From Clostridia bacterium (GTDB lineage: Bacteria; Bacillota; Clostridia; Oscillospirales; CAG-272), in contig JAFVRG010000021.1 in NCBI GenBank assembly GCA_017504405.1, positions 89,929-153,928 on the forward strand: a stretch of 64,000 bases of DNA. The letters run 5' to 3'. A model generated the notes under the pieces. It worked only from the letters and a program-made list of their open reading frames with translations. It did not search any database and had not been told where the DNA came from. Below, one piece after another: positions 1 to 7,979 of the stretch. Position 1 is the stretch's first letter. Every line of letters starts with the position of its first letter. The position numbers were made by a program, and so were the translations under genes.

Positions 1-309
1 ATCGGGGGCGTAAGCGTTTTTGAGGCGTGTTTCTGCACCTCCTGCTGTAACTATAAGTATATCAATGCTACCGAAGCGTGCAACAGCCTCGTCACGTGCT
101 CTCTCAACCTGTGCGTAATCGAGAACGTCCACCACGCATCCCATTACGTTGTCGGTGATTTCCTTAATTTTTTCAACACATTCATTGAGAGCCTTTTCGT
201 TAATATCGAGCAAAACCACATTTGCTCCCTCTTTTGCATAGCACTCTCCGCAAAGGTATCCAATTCCGGAAGCGCCTCCGGAAATAAATACAGTTTTATT
301 TGAAGCCAT
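1..309 (-). CDS. short-chain dehydrogenase/reductase (SDR), N-terminal part; 3' end lies beyond the left edge
   Basis: Hand translation of the reverse strand from the ATG at 307-309 gives MASNKTVFISGGASGIGYLCGECYAKEGANVVLLDINEKAL..., which carries the glycine-rich Rossmann motif of SDRs. A GGAGGA RBS lies just upstream. It is absent from the ORF track because it runs off the window. Confidence 0.8.
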   Translation of the reverse strand, partial: MASNKTVFISGGASGIGYLCGECYAKEGANVVLLDINEKALNECVEKIKEITDNVMGCVVDVLDYAQVERARDEAVARFGSIDILIVTAGGAETRLKNAYAPD

Positions 310-338
310 AATATCCTCCATTTTATTAGTTATAAAGT

Positions 339-1001
339 CTAAACAATTCTTACAAAACCGTTTGCATCAGGTAAGATAGAAAAGTCGTGCGCCAAAAGCA
401 TTTCGAAATCATTTGAGCCGTACTTCTCAACAAACCCTATCGCATTATCAAGTGAGAAATATGAGCCTGTCGGCAGACAATCTGTCAGATTTTTTCGAGT
501 GTAGCATTCATCACCGCAAAACACATAGTTTTTTTCTCCGTTACATGCAACAACGATTGACGAGCCGACGCTGTGTCCTGAAATTCTCACAGCTTTGATG
601 CCCTCCGCAATCTCACATTCATCATCAAAGAGCACCACACGGCAATCACTCGGAATGAATTTTCTGCACCCTGCATATTCCTCACGTTGAACGTAAAACG
701 TGGCAGATGTGAAATATACCGAAGCCTGTGCGTGGTCGTGGTGCGAGTGCGTAAGAATTACGTCGGTGATTTCCTCGGGCGAAAGTCCGAATCGAGATAG
801 AATAACCGACGGAGATTCAAAATATTTCATATCCCACCCGGGCATCGTGTCGCATCCTGCATCTATGAGAATACGTCTTTCTGCCGTTTCTATAAGATAT
901 ACGGTGAATGAAATATCATACCTATCGCTGTCACATGAGCCCGCAAATGCCATGCTGCTCGGTATAGTTGACTGACCGTATTTTAAGGCGGTTATTCTCA
1001 T
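339..1001 (-). CDS. MBL-fold metallo-hydrolase (lactonase-like)
   Basis: 220-aa ORF with the HSHHDH metal-binding motif (LTHSHHDHAQ). Its start overlaps the stop of the upstream gene (998-1001), indicating operon coupling. Confidence 0.85.
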   Translation of the reverse strand: MRITALKYGQSTIPSSMAFAGSCDSDRYDISFTVYLIETAERRILIDAGCDTMPGWDMKYFESPSVILSRFGLSPEEITDVILTHSHHDHAQASVYFTSATFYVQREEYAGCRKFIPSDCRVVLFDDECEIAEGIKAVRISGHSVGSSIVVACNGEKNYVFCGDECYTRKNLTDCLPTGSYFSLDNAIGFVEKYGSNDFEMLLAHDFSILPDANGFVRIV

Positions 1002-1981
1002 TTTACGGTAAGAACTACCTTACCGGCACTTCTACCGCTGTAAAGAAGGTCGTGTGCCGCCTCCGCCTGTTCAATAGGCAGTATCTCGTATATTGTGGGG
1101 CGTATTTCTCCACTCTCAACCTTGGGCCATATATCCTTAACAAGCTTTGCAAGTATCTCGCCCTTCATCTCGGGTGTTTTGCTCCTGAGGGTGCTGCCGA
1201 TAAGACGTATGTTTTTAACATACATAGTTCTCATATTTACAGGGGAAATATCTCCTGCAAGAGTAGCAATCATTATCCAACGGCAACCGTATGCAAGATG
1301 CGGGAAGCACTCGCCAACCCTCTCACTGCCAAGGCAGTCAATCGCAAGATTAAGGGGACGTCCCTCACTTGCCTCACGAGCCAAAACGTCAACAATGCTC
1401 TCCTTTGAGGTATCAACAACAACGTCGGCATTCAAATGCTTAATACTGTTTGCCATTTCCTCAGTAAGAACAGTTGTTATAACTCTCATTCCAAATGCCT
1501 TTGCCATCGGAATAATTACGCTGGCAAGTCCGCTGGCACCCGCGTGCATAAGGAAGTTATAGCCTGCCTTCGCTCCGCCCTCAATGAAAAGATTGAGATA
1601 TGCGGTCGCAAAAGCCTCGGGCAATGCTGCTGCCTCCTCCATAGAAATACCGGCCGGCTTCGGCATTACCATACATTCCTCAACTGCAACATATTCAGCA
1701 TATCCGCCGCCGCCAAGAAGCGCGCAAACCTCATCGCCTATATTAAATCTACCCTTCGATACTGCATCGGGTGACATATCGGCTATTACACCTGCAACCT
1801 CAAGACCGGGCCACTCAGGGCAACCGGGAGGGGGAGGATATGTACCCTCTCTCTGCATCAAATCTGCTCTGTTAACAGCCGCTGCGTGTACCTTGATTAA
1901 AACCTCGCCGTTTTTCATTACGGGGTTTTCAACGTCCTGCCATTTGAGACCTTTATCGGTCTGAATAACAATCGCCTTCAT
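998..1981 (-). CDS. NADPH:quinone oxidoreductase / zinc-type alcohol dehydrogenase (MDR) family
   Basis: MKAIVIQTDKGLKWQDVENPV...AAAVNRADLMQREGTYPPPPG...GAGSGLAS-like nucleotide motif. I moved the start to the internal ATG (M30 of the track ORF, codon 1979-1981), where family-typical sequence begins. Confidence 0.85.
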   Translation of the reverse strand: MKAIVIQTDKGLKWQDVENPVMKNGEVLIKVHAAAVNRADLMQREGTYPPPPGCPEWPGLEVAGVIADMSPDAVSKGRFNIGDEVCALLGGGGYAEYVAVEECMVMPKPAGISMEEAAALPEAFATAYLNLFIEGGAKAGYNFLMHAGASGLASVIIPMAKAFGMRVITTVLTEEMANSIKHLNADVVVDTSKESIVDVLAREASEGRPLNLAIDCLGSERVGECFPHLAYGCRWIMIATLAGDISPVNMRTMYVKNIRLIGSTLRSKTPEMKGEILAKLVKDIWPKVESGEIRPTIYEILPIEQAEAAHDLLYSGRSAGKVVLTVK

Positions 1982-2035
1982 ACTGTGTTCTCCTGTAAAT
2001 GTAATTTTAATATATGTATACTTAATTATACCATA

Positions 2036-2063
2036 TTGACATTTTATAAAAATATGGTATAAT
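2036..2063 (+). promoter_or_regulatory. sigma-A-type promoter for the AraC-family gene
   Basis: TTGACA (2036-2041), 16-nt spacer, TGgTATAAT extended -10 (2055-2063), about 40 nt upstream of the ATG at 2104. Confidence 0.45.
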
Positions 2064-2103
2064 ATCAAAAAAGAGAACTATTCTATCGCTTTTGAGGTGT
2101 AAT

Positions 2104-2907
2104 ATGAACACTATTGTTTCAGAATCACAGCTTTCACACTTTAATATAAGGCACTACCGACATCATGACGGATACAGATTTGATACCGTCAATGAGCCTC
2201 GTCCTTTGTATTCCCTTGCCTTGATAACTCACGGTGATGGGGAGCTTTTTGACGTTGACAATTCCACAACCGTATCGGTAACGGTTGGAGATTTATTGTT
2301 TATCCCTGTTTTTTCTAAGTATAAGTCGGTATGGAAAAATAACGCATCTTATACGTCAATTCATTTTTTGTTCGGTGACAAATCCTATTTCAACAGCAAC
2401 AATATTCTGAGAATTCAAAAAATAACCCCCGACAATAAAGAACGTATAAGGGAAATATTTGATTACCTCACTAATTTCAACAGCGCTTGCGTATCGCAAA
2501 GGTTAAAGGCTACCTCAATATTTTATGAGTTACTTGAAGTAGTAACGAGAAAAATAAGAAGGCGGCATTCTGTCACCTATGATAAAACAATAATTACAGT
2601 TATGAGATACGTACAAGAAAATTTCTCAAAAAAAATCACCGTTGAGGATTTGGCGTTAAGCGTTAATATGAGCCTATCGAGATTTTTCCCTTATTTTAAG
2701 AAAAAAGTAGGACTTACGCCCGTTGAATATATCAACAAATACAGGATTGAACAGGCATGCATTATGCTTATAAATTCGAGGGAAATGCCGATTGAGGAAA
2801 TCTCCGACAGAGTAGGCTTTGAATCTGCGGCATACTTCCGCAGGGTTTTCAAAAAGGCAATTAATCTAACACCCAAGCAATACCGCCAAAATCCCCCGAT
2901 TTTATAG
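2104..2907 (+). CDS. AraC family transcriptional regulator
   Basis: C-terminal double HTH (ITVEDLALSVNMSLSRFFPYFKKKVGLTPVEYINKYRIEQA...AYFRRVFKK). The track ORF begins at a TTG. The ATG at 2104 has a GAGGTG RBS 5 nt upstream. Confidence 0.85.
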   Translation: MNTIVSESQLSHFNIRHYRHHDGYRFDTVNEPRPLYSLALITHGDGELFDVDNSTTVSVTVGDLLFIPVFSKYKSVWKNNASYTSIHFLFGDKSYFNSNNILRIQKITPDNKERIREIFDYLTNFNSACVSQRLKATSIFYELLEVVTRKIRRRHSVTYDKTIITVMRYVQENFSKKITVEDLALSVNMSLSRFFPYFKKKVGLTPVEYINKYRIEQACIMLINSREMPIEEISDRVGFESAAYFRRVFKKAINLTPKQYRQNPPIL

Positions 2908-2916
2908 TAATACAAC

Positions 2917-2944
2917 AAAAAGGAGCGTTAGTGACGCTCCTTTT
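2917..2944. terminator. bidirectional hairpin terminator between convergent araC genes
   Basis: AAAAGGAGCG-ttagtga-CGCTCCTTTT with an A-run on one side and a T-run on the other. The right arm overlaps the last codons of the minus-strand gene. Confidence 0.5.
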
Positions 2945-3749
2945 GCTTATGTAGGGACGGCGGATATCCCGTTATGCGGCGGAAAACCGTGCTGAAATAG
3001 TTCTGATTGGAAAAGCCGAGGGTGTCCGATACCTCGGAAACGGCCATTCCCTGCTCGAGCATATTCATTGCCGCCGTTATCTTCAAATGATTAAAATAAT
3101 TCATAACACCCACGCCCGCATATCGGGAAAAGGTCTTTTTAAGGTTTATTTCGCTCATATTGCAAAGACGGGCGATTTCCGAAATGCTAAGGCTCTTATC
3201 AACGTTATTTGTGAGTATGTTAACAGCCATAGCATAGTTTTTTGCGGTTTTTGACTGAGATACAGACGAGTGCGAATATTTCTTTGATACCGTGCTGAGG
3301 ATATACCGTTCAAGGTCCTTAACCGCCCGCTGCCAATCGAGAGAATCAATATTTTTAATTGATTTAACGTCACCTGCAAAAATATTATAAGCATCCGATA
3401 TTTCTTTAAAAACGTTTACGGCTTCATCTGCATCTACATCAAATATTTTAGAAAAAAATTTCGGCATATTATCGGCGGCAAAGGTGAAGATTGCGATAGT
3501 TGGGCTGGTTAAATTTTCACTCCACAGTCGGTGAAATTCCATCGGCTCGTGTAAAATCGCCTGCCCTTTTTTTAGCAAAAATACATCCTTTCCTGCACAT
3601 ACGCCGATTTCTCCGTCCAAAACCACCACTATCTCCCAAAAATTATGATACTCACCGTCATAATTATAGTCGCTATCATATTTTCTGATAAACGCAGTAT
3701 ACAGAGTTTTAATGACAAAGCTCCCTTTTATATCAACGTAACCGTGCAT
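2928..3749 (-). CDS. AraC family transcriptional regulator
   Basis: 273 aa with a cupin-like N-terminus and a C-terminal AraC HTH (LSISEIARLCNMSEINLKKTFSRYAGVGVMNYFNHLKITAA...NYFSTVFRRITG). AGGAGA RBS upstream. Confidence 0.85.
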   Translation of the reverse strand: MHGYVDIKGSFVIKTLYTAFIRKYDSDYNYDGEYHNFWEIVVVLDGEIGVCAGKDVFLLKKGQAILHEPMEFHRLWSENLTSPTIAIFTFAADNMPKFFSKIFDVDADEAVNVFKEISDAYNIFAGDVKSIKNIDSLDWQRAVKDLERYILSTVSKKYSHSSVSQSKTAKNYAMAVNILTNNVDKSLSISEIARLCNMSEINLKKTFSRYAGVGVMNYFNHLKITAAMNMLEQGMAVSEVSDTLGFSNQNYFSTVFRRITGYPPSLHKQKERH

Positions 3750-3886
3750 AAAGCTATCTCCTGTTTTTTATACAAAATTATAGATTTTTTATATTTTTTC
3801 GTATATAAATTTGATTTTGTATATGATATGATAGTAGCATAGTAAGGTTTTTTTGTCAATACCCAATTACAAGAAAGGATAAAAAC

Positions 3887-5149
3887 ATGAAAAAACTAAC
3901 CGCTATTGTTATGGGCTACGGAATGAGGGGGCAGTCCTATTCTTCCTATGCGATTGATAATCCCGAAAAGCTCGAAATCGTTGCAGTTGCAGAGCCGGAA
4001 AAGAGCCGTAGGCTCTATGCTCAGCGCCGTCACAATTTATCCGAGGATATGCTCTTTGATGACTGGGAAAAGCTCGCCGAGCTACCCAAAATGGCTGATT
4101 TTGCTATCATATCTACTCAGGACAAAATGCACCTTGAGCCTGCGCTCGCCTGCATTGAAAAGGGCTATGACCTGCTTCTCGAAAAGCCTATGGCTCCTAC
4201 CGCCGAGGAATGTAAAATAATATACGAGGCGGCAGAGAAAAAGGGGGTCAAGGTTGTCGTTTGCCACGTTCTTCGATTTACTCCCTTCTGGTATAAATTA
4301 AAAGAACTACTTGACGAGGGGGCAATAGGTGAGGTAAGATCTATAATACATATGGAAAACGTCGGCAATATGCACTACTCTCATAGCTACGTCAGAGGAA
4401 ACTGGAGAAACACCGCCGAGTCCTCAGCAATGATACTTGCAAAGAGCTGTCACGACACCGATATAGTTCAATGGCTGCTCGGCAAGGATTGCAAAAAGGT
4501 ACAATCCTTCGGCTCATATTCCGTATTTACAAAAGAAAATCAACCGAAGGGTGCGCCCGACAGATGCCTTGACGGCTGTCCCTATATGGACTCCTGCCTA
4601 TACAACCCCGTAAAGTTTTACGTAGAAGACAAAGAAAACGGATGGAGAGATACCGTAGCCGATAAGGTTGACGCAACCGATGAGGAAATAACCGAGGCTC
4701 TGCGTACAGGTCCATACGGAAGATGTGTTTATGCCTGTGACAACGACGTTGTTGACCATCAGGTTGTAAATATGGAATTTGATGGCGGCGCAACCGTTTC
4801 CTTTACAATGAGCGCATTCAATAAGGGTGGCAGATTCATAAGAATTTTCGGAACAAAGGGCGAAATTGTAGCTTCACACGCGAATAGCGAAATAACCGTT
4901 TGCCCCTTCGGCAAGCCGAACTACGTTGCAGAAATAGATAAAATAGGCGAGAGCATCACCAGCGGACACGGCGGCGGAGATACGGGAATCATGGTTGACT
5001 CCGTTAAGTATTTCAATAACGAGCAGCCCAGTAAATCAGTATGCGACCTGCGCACGTCCTATCTAAATCACCTCATCTGCTTTGCGGCGGAAAAATCAAG
5101 AGCTGAGGATTCCGTTGTGGATTTAGATAAATTCTCAGAATCAGTTTAA
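3887..5149 (+). CDS. Gfo/Idh/MocA family oxidoreductase
   Basis: 420 aa. N-terminal Rossmann segment MKKLTAIVMGYGMRGQSY...EKPMAPT is typical of the family. RBS AAAGGA. Confidence 0.85.
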   Translation: MKKLTAIVMGYGMRGQSYSSYAIDNPEKLEIVAVAEPEKSRRLYAQRRHNLSEDMLFDDWEKLAELPKMADFAIISTQDKMHLEPALACIEKGYDLLLEKPMAPTAEECKIIYEAAEKKGVKVVVCHVLRFTPFWYKLKELLDEGAIGEVRSIIHMENVGNMHYSHSYVRGNWRNTAESSAMILAKSCHDTDIVQWLLGKDCKKVQSFGSYSVFTKENQPKGAPDRCLDGCPYMDSCLYNPVKFYVEDKENGWRDTVADKVDATDEEITEALRTGPYGRCVYACDNDVVDHQVVNMEFDGGATVSFTMSAFNKGGRFIRIFGTKGEIVASHANSEITVCPFGKPNYVAEIDKIGESITSGHGGGDTGIMVDSVKYFNNEQPSKSVCDLRTSYLNHLICFAAEKSRAEDSVVDLDKFSESV

Positions 5150-5153
5150 ATAG

Positions 5154-5193
5154 AAAAACCAAGGTCTTTTCTACCCCTATGACCTTGGTTTTT
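5154..5193. terminator. bidirectional intrinsic terminator
   Basis: AAAAACCAAGGTC-14 nt loop-GACCTTGGTTTTT between convergent genes. Confidence 0.6.
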
Positions 5194-5214
5194 CTTTTAT
5201 TCAGTTTAATGCTG

Positions 5215-6000
5215 TTAATCGACGTTAACGCCTTTTTTGAACATATGGTTGCACAAAAAGTAGAACGCAACCGAAAATGCGGCATATGCTCCCATTCCGA
5301 CAAGCATAACCGTCATAAAGCCGCCCTGCGACATTTGCTCTGCCAAAAGCTCGGATATGTTACCTCCTATTGCGAGAGCGACTGCCATCAGCAAAAGCGC
5401 CGTAATCATTGCGCCGAAATAGTAAGCAATAAACCACATAACGCCCCTCGACACCCTTTTGGTGTTGTAGGTGTTTGCCTTAACTACCGCTGTAAATGCC
5501 ATACTCATAAGCGTACATATCTGGAAAAAGACTATCAACACAATAATGGTTATAAAAAGACCGCCTGATATGTTAAATCCCGCAATCGTCGCAGCCAAAA
5601 GAGCCTTCACGGTTGAAAAGAAGGTATCGCTATACAGCATTATGAGTAGCGATGCTACGCATACAGCAACACTTAAAAGCACCACAATGAGGGCACTCAG
5701 ATATTTTGATATGAGCAGCTGCTCCTTTTTTACGGGTAGCGTGTGGGTTAAATAGCTCTCGTCCTTATAAAAGCTCTTGATAAATACTGCAAGTATTGTA
5801 ATAAAGGTGTTTATCAGCACCGATGCTATAGCAGAATAAACGAGGCTCGAAAACACACTACCAATAATTGAAAAAACCTGAATGTCTTTACCTATATTTA
5901 TAATTCTCGTTATGACGGCCAAAAGAAGAGTTATTGCGTAAATGTACGGAATAAATCCGAGCATCTTCTTTACGTCGTATTTCATCAGTCTTCTTATCAT
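5215..6000 (-). CDS. ABC-2-type transporter permease (multi-pass membrane protein)
   Basis: 261 aa and highly hydrophobic, with about 6 predicted TM stretches by eye. Its start overlaps the stop of the ATPase gene (ATGA). Confidence 0.7.
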   Translation of the reverse strand: MIRRLMKYDVKKMLGFIPYIYAITLLLAVITRIINIGKDIQVFSIIGSVFSSLVYSAIASVLINTFITILAVFIKSFYKDESYLTHTLPVKKEQLLISKYLSALIVVLLSVAVCVASLLIMLYSDTFFSTVKALLAATIAGFNISGGLFITIIVLIVFFQICTLMSMAFTAVVKANTYNTKRVSRGVMWFIAYYFGAMITALLLMAVALAIGGNISELLAEQMSQGGFMTVMLVGMGAYAAFSVAFYFLCNHMFKKGVNVD

Positions 6001-6689
6001 TTTACAATTCTCCTGAATATCTCGTCTATCGAGGAATTTTCTCTTTCTCGCAGCTCCTCGGCATTTTCCGAAAGTATAATCCGTCCCTTGTCAATAAAAA
6101 CTACCTCATCAAGTATTTTCTCAACGTCGTAAATTAAGTGAGTCGTTATCAGCATAGCGGAGCCTTCGGAAAAATTGGAAAGTATTGTTTTCATAATACG
6201 GTCACGTGTTGAGGGGTCAACACCGCCGAGCGGCTCGTCAAGAATATAGAGGTCTGCCGTTCTGCTCATAACCAAAATCAGCTGGACTTTTTCCTTCATA
6301 CCCTTACTCATTTTGGAAAGCTTCATATTCTCGTCAAGGTCAAGGTCGGCAAGGAGAGCTCTCGCCTTTTCTCGGTCAAAATCGGGGTAAAAATCCTCAA
6401 AAAAATCAAAAATTGCCGATACCGTCTGAGCGCTGTCGAGGTAGGTGCGCTCGGGCAGATATGAAACCCTCGCCTTTGTTTTTTCGCTGATTTTTTCGCC
6501 CTTTATCAATATTTCACCCGCATCAATTGTGAGAAGGTCATTTATCATTTTGATTACGGTTGATTTTCCGCTTCCGTTTTTGCCGAGTAAACCTACGATT
6601 TTTCCCTCGCCTACGGAAAAGCTGACGTTATCAATAATTTTTATGCCGTCAAAGCTCTTACTTACCGATTTTATATCAAGAACACTCAT
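5997..6689 (-). CDS. ABC transporter ATP-binding protein
   Basis: Walker A GKNGSGKST, signature MSKGMKEKV, Walker B LYILDEP. Overlaps the gntR stop. Confidence 0.9.
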   Translation of the reverse strand: MSVLDIKSVSKSFDGIKIIDNVSFSVGEGKIVGLLGKNGSGKSTVIKMINDLLTIDAGEILIKGEKISEKTKARVSYLPERTYLDSAQTVSAIFDFFEDFYPDFDREKARALLADLDLDENMKLSKMSKGMKEKVQLILVMSRTADLYILDEPLGGVDPSTRDRIMKTILSNFSEGSAMLITTHLIYDVEKILDEVVFIDKGRIILSENAEELRERENSSIDEIFRRIVK

Positions 6690-7048
6690 TTTTTCACCTC
6701 AGAGTTTAATATTTTTTGAATTTCCGCCCGTGTCAAGCCAAGGCTCTCCATTGAGCCGTAAAAATTATCAATCATTTCACTGATAGTTTGCATCTTAACC
6801 TTAGAAATAATATCGGTATCTCCCGTTACAAATTTACCGTTTGTTCTCTCGGTATAGATAAGTCCCATTCCTTCAAGCTCGGCGAGCGCTCGCAAAACGG
6901 TATTCGGGTTTACCTCATACTGCAATGAAAGCTCTCTAACCGACGGAAGTTTGTCGTTAGGACAATATTCACGGCTGATTATCTTAGTTTTAATATGCTC
7001 TATTATTTGAAGATAAATAGGTGTATCATTACTAAAGCTATATCCCAT
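6686..7048 (-). CDS. GntR family (YtrA-like) transcriptional regulator
   Basis: 120 aa. Winged-HTH segment KLPSVRELSLQYEVNPNTVLRALAELEGMGLIYTERTNGKFV. It is the first gene of a gntR-ABC ATPase-permease operon, the arrangement typical of the YtrA subfamily. Confidence 0.85.
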   Translation of the reverse strand: MGYSFSNDTPIYLQIIEHIKTKIISREYCPNDKLPSVRELSLQYEVNPNTVLRALAELEGMGLIYTERTNGKFVTGDTDIISKVKMQTISEMIDNFYGSMESLGLTRAEIQKILNSEVKK

Positions 7049-7059
7049 ATTCCCCTCAC

Positions 7060-7108
7060 TGTATTACTTAACCAATACAATGATACACCATTCTTTTTCG
7101 TTTGTCAA
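7060..7108 (-). promoter_or_regulatory. promoter of the gntR operon plus a candidate operator
   Basis: On the minus strand: TTGACA (7103-7108), 17-nt spacer, TATCAT (7080-7085). This is followed immediately by the inverted repeat TGTATT-N8-AATACA (7060-7079) between the -10 and the RBS. Confidence 0.45.
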
Positions 7109-7177
7109 GACCTTTTTGTGTTTTTCTAAAAAAGTGTTGATTTTCATTATATTGTATTGAGCGTATTCTAACTTAAA

Positions 7178-7410
7178 ATCAAGGCAAAATCCTTGTATAT
7201 CATCAATTTCGAGAGAAATTGTATATCATCAACACAAAGTGTTGTATAGACGCTCGCAGGCTCGCTATTCCGTCGCTTCGCTCCTTACATCAAGCCGCAG
7301 GAGAATCCAGCCCCAGAGGGGCTGATGAGATACAAGGGCGGCTCGCCGCCCTTGCATGATATGCGCCGCACTTCGTGCGTCGATGATATGCCAAGCCTGC
7401 GGCTTGGATA
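7178..7410. repeat. hairpin/10-mer array, copy A (partly degenerate)
   Basis: GTATATCATC at 7195-7204 and 7221-7230, with a degenerate third copy at 7244-7253. Reverse-complement-like copies are GATGAGATAC 7324-7333, CATGATATGC 7355-7364 and GATGATATGC 7382-7391. Spacers are perfect hairpins at 7180-7195, 7205-7220, 7231-7243, 7308-7324, 7333-7354, 7367-7379 and 7391-7407. Confidence 0.7.
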
Positions 7411-7453
7411 AAAAAATACTGCAGAAAATATGTCATTTTCTGCAGTGTTTTTT
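7409..7453 (-). terminator. intrinsic terminator downstream of the orphan ORF (bidirectional shape)
   Basis: CTGCAGAAAAT-atgtc-ATTTTCTGCAG flanked by an A-run and a T-run, about 80 nt after the stop at 7536. Confidence 0.6.
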
Positions 7454-7535
7454 GCGAAAGAGCGACCAAAAGGTGCGTAAAGTAGGGTAAGAACGACTAA
7501 AAGTACACCACATGTGCCGCGAGATAAATTGGAAT

Positions 7536-7907
7536 TTATATTTCTGAGTAATAATGGCGCACCAACACCCAACTTTTCTTTTTCTTCTCTGTTTTATGCT
7601 CAATTCCGAAATCACTGCAACCCAACAGAACAGCTATATGAACCCTTTTATCTTCGCTATTGATGTCTTGAATTAAACTTATTACATTACAATTATCTTC
7701 GTGAAAATGACCAATTTCAAATAATTTACTTTTGCGACGTGAATACAAAACGGTAGTTTCACGATTATCAACAAGAAAACGCAAAAAAATGCCGCCCAAA
7801 TCCCATGAAAATTCATTATCACTTATTATTTCCACCGCTCCCTTTAATTTGGCAGAGTTTACAAATTCCATCACAGCTAAAACTTCTTCTTTATTGTCTA
7901 CACTCAT
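7536..7907 (-). CDS. hypothetical protein, 123 aa, no family recognised
   Basis: ATG-initiated ORF with its own promoter (see 7951-7979), a GGAG 12 nt upstream, and a terminator. It is markedly AT-rich compared with its neighbours. Confidence 0.55.
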   Translation of the reverse strand: MSVDNKEEVLAVMEFVNSAKLKGAVEIISDNEFSWDLGGIFLRFLVDNRETTVLYSRRKSKLFEIGHFHEDNCNVISLIQDINSEDKRVHIAVLLGCSDFGIEHKTEKKKKSWVLVRHYYSEI

Positions 7908-7950
7908 ATTTATTATTTACTCCACTAAATTCTTATTTATCAGTGAGTTT

Positions 7951-7979
7951 ATTATATCACACTATCGTAAATAAATCAA
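7951..7979 (-). promoter_or_regulatory. sigma-A-type promoter of the orphan ORF
   Basis: Minus strand: TTGATT (7974-7979), 17-nt spacer, TGaTATAAT (7951-7959). The -35 overlaps the first hairpin arm of array B. Confidence 0.5.
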
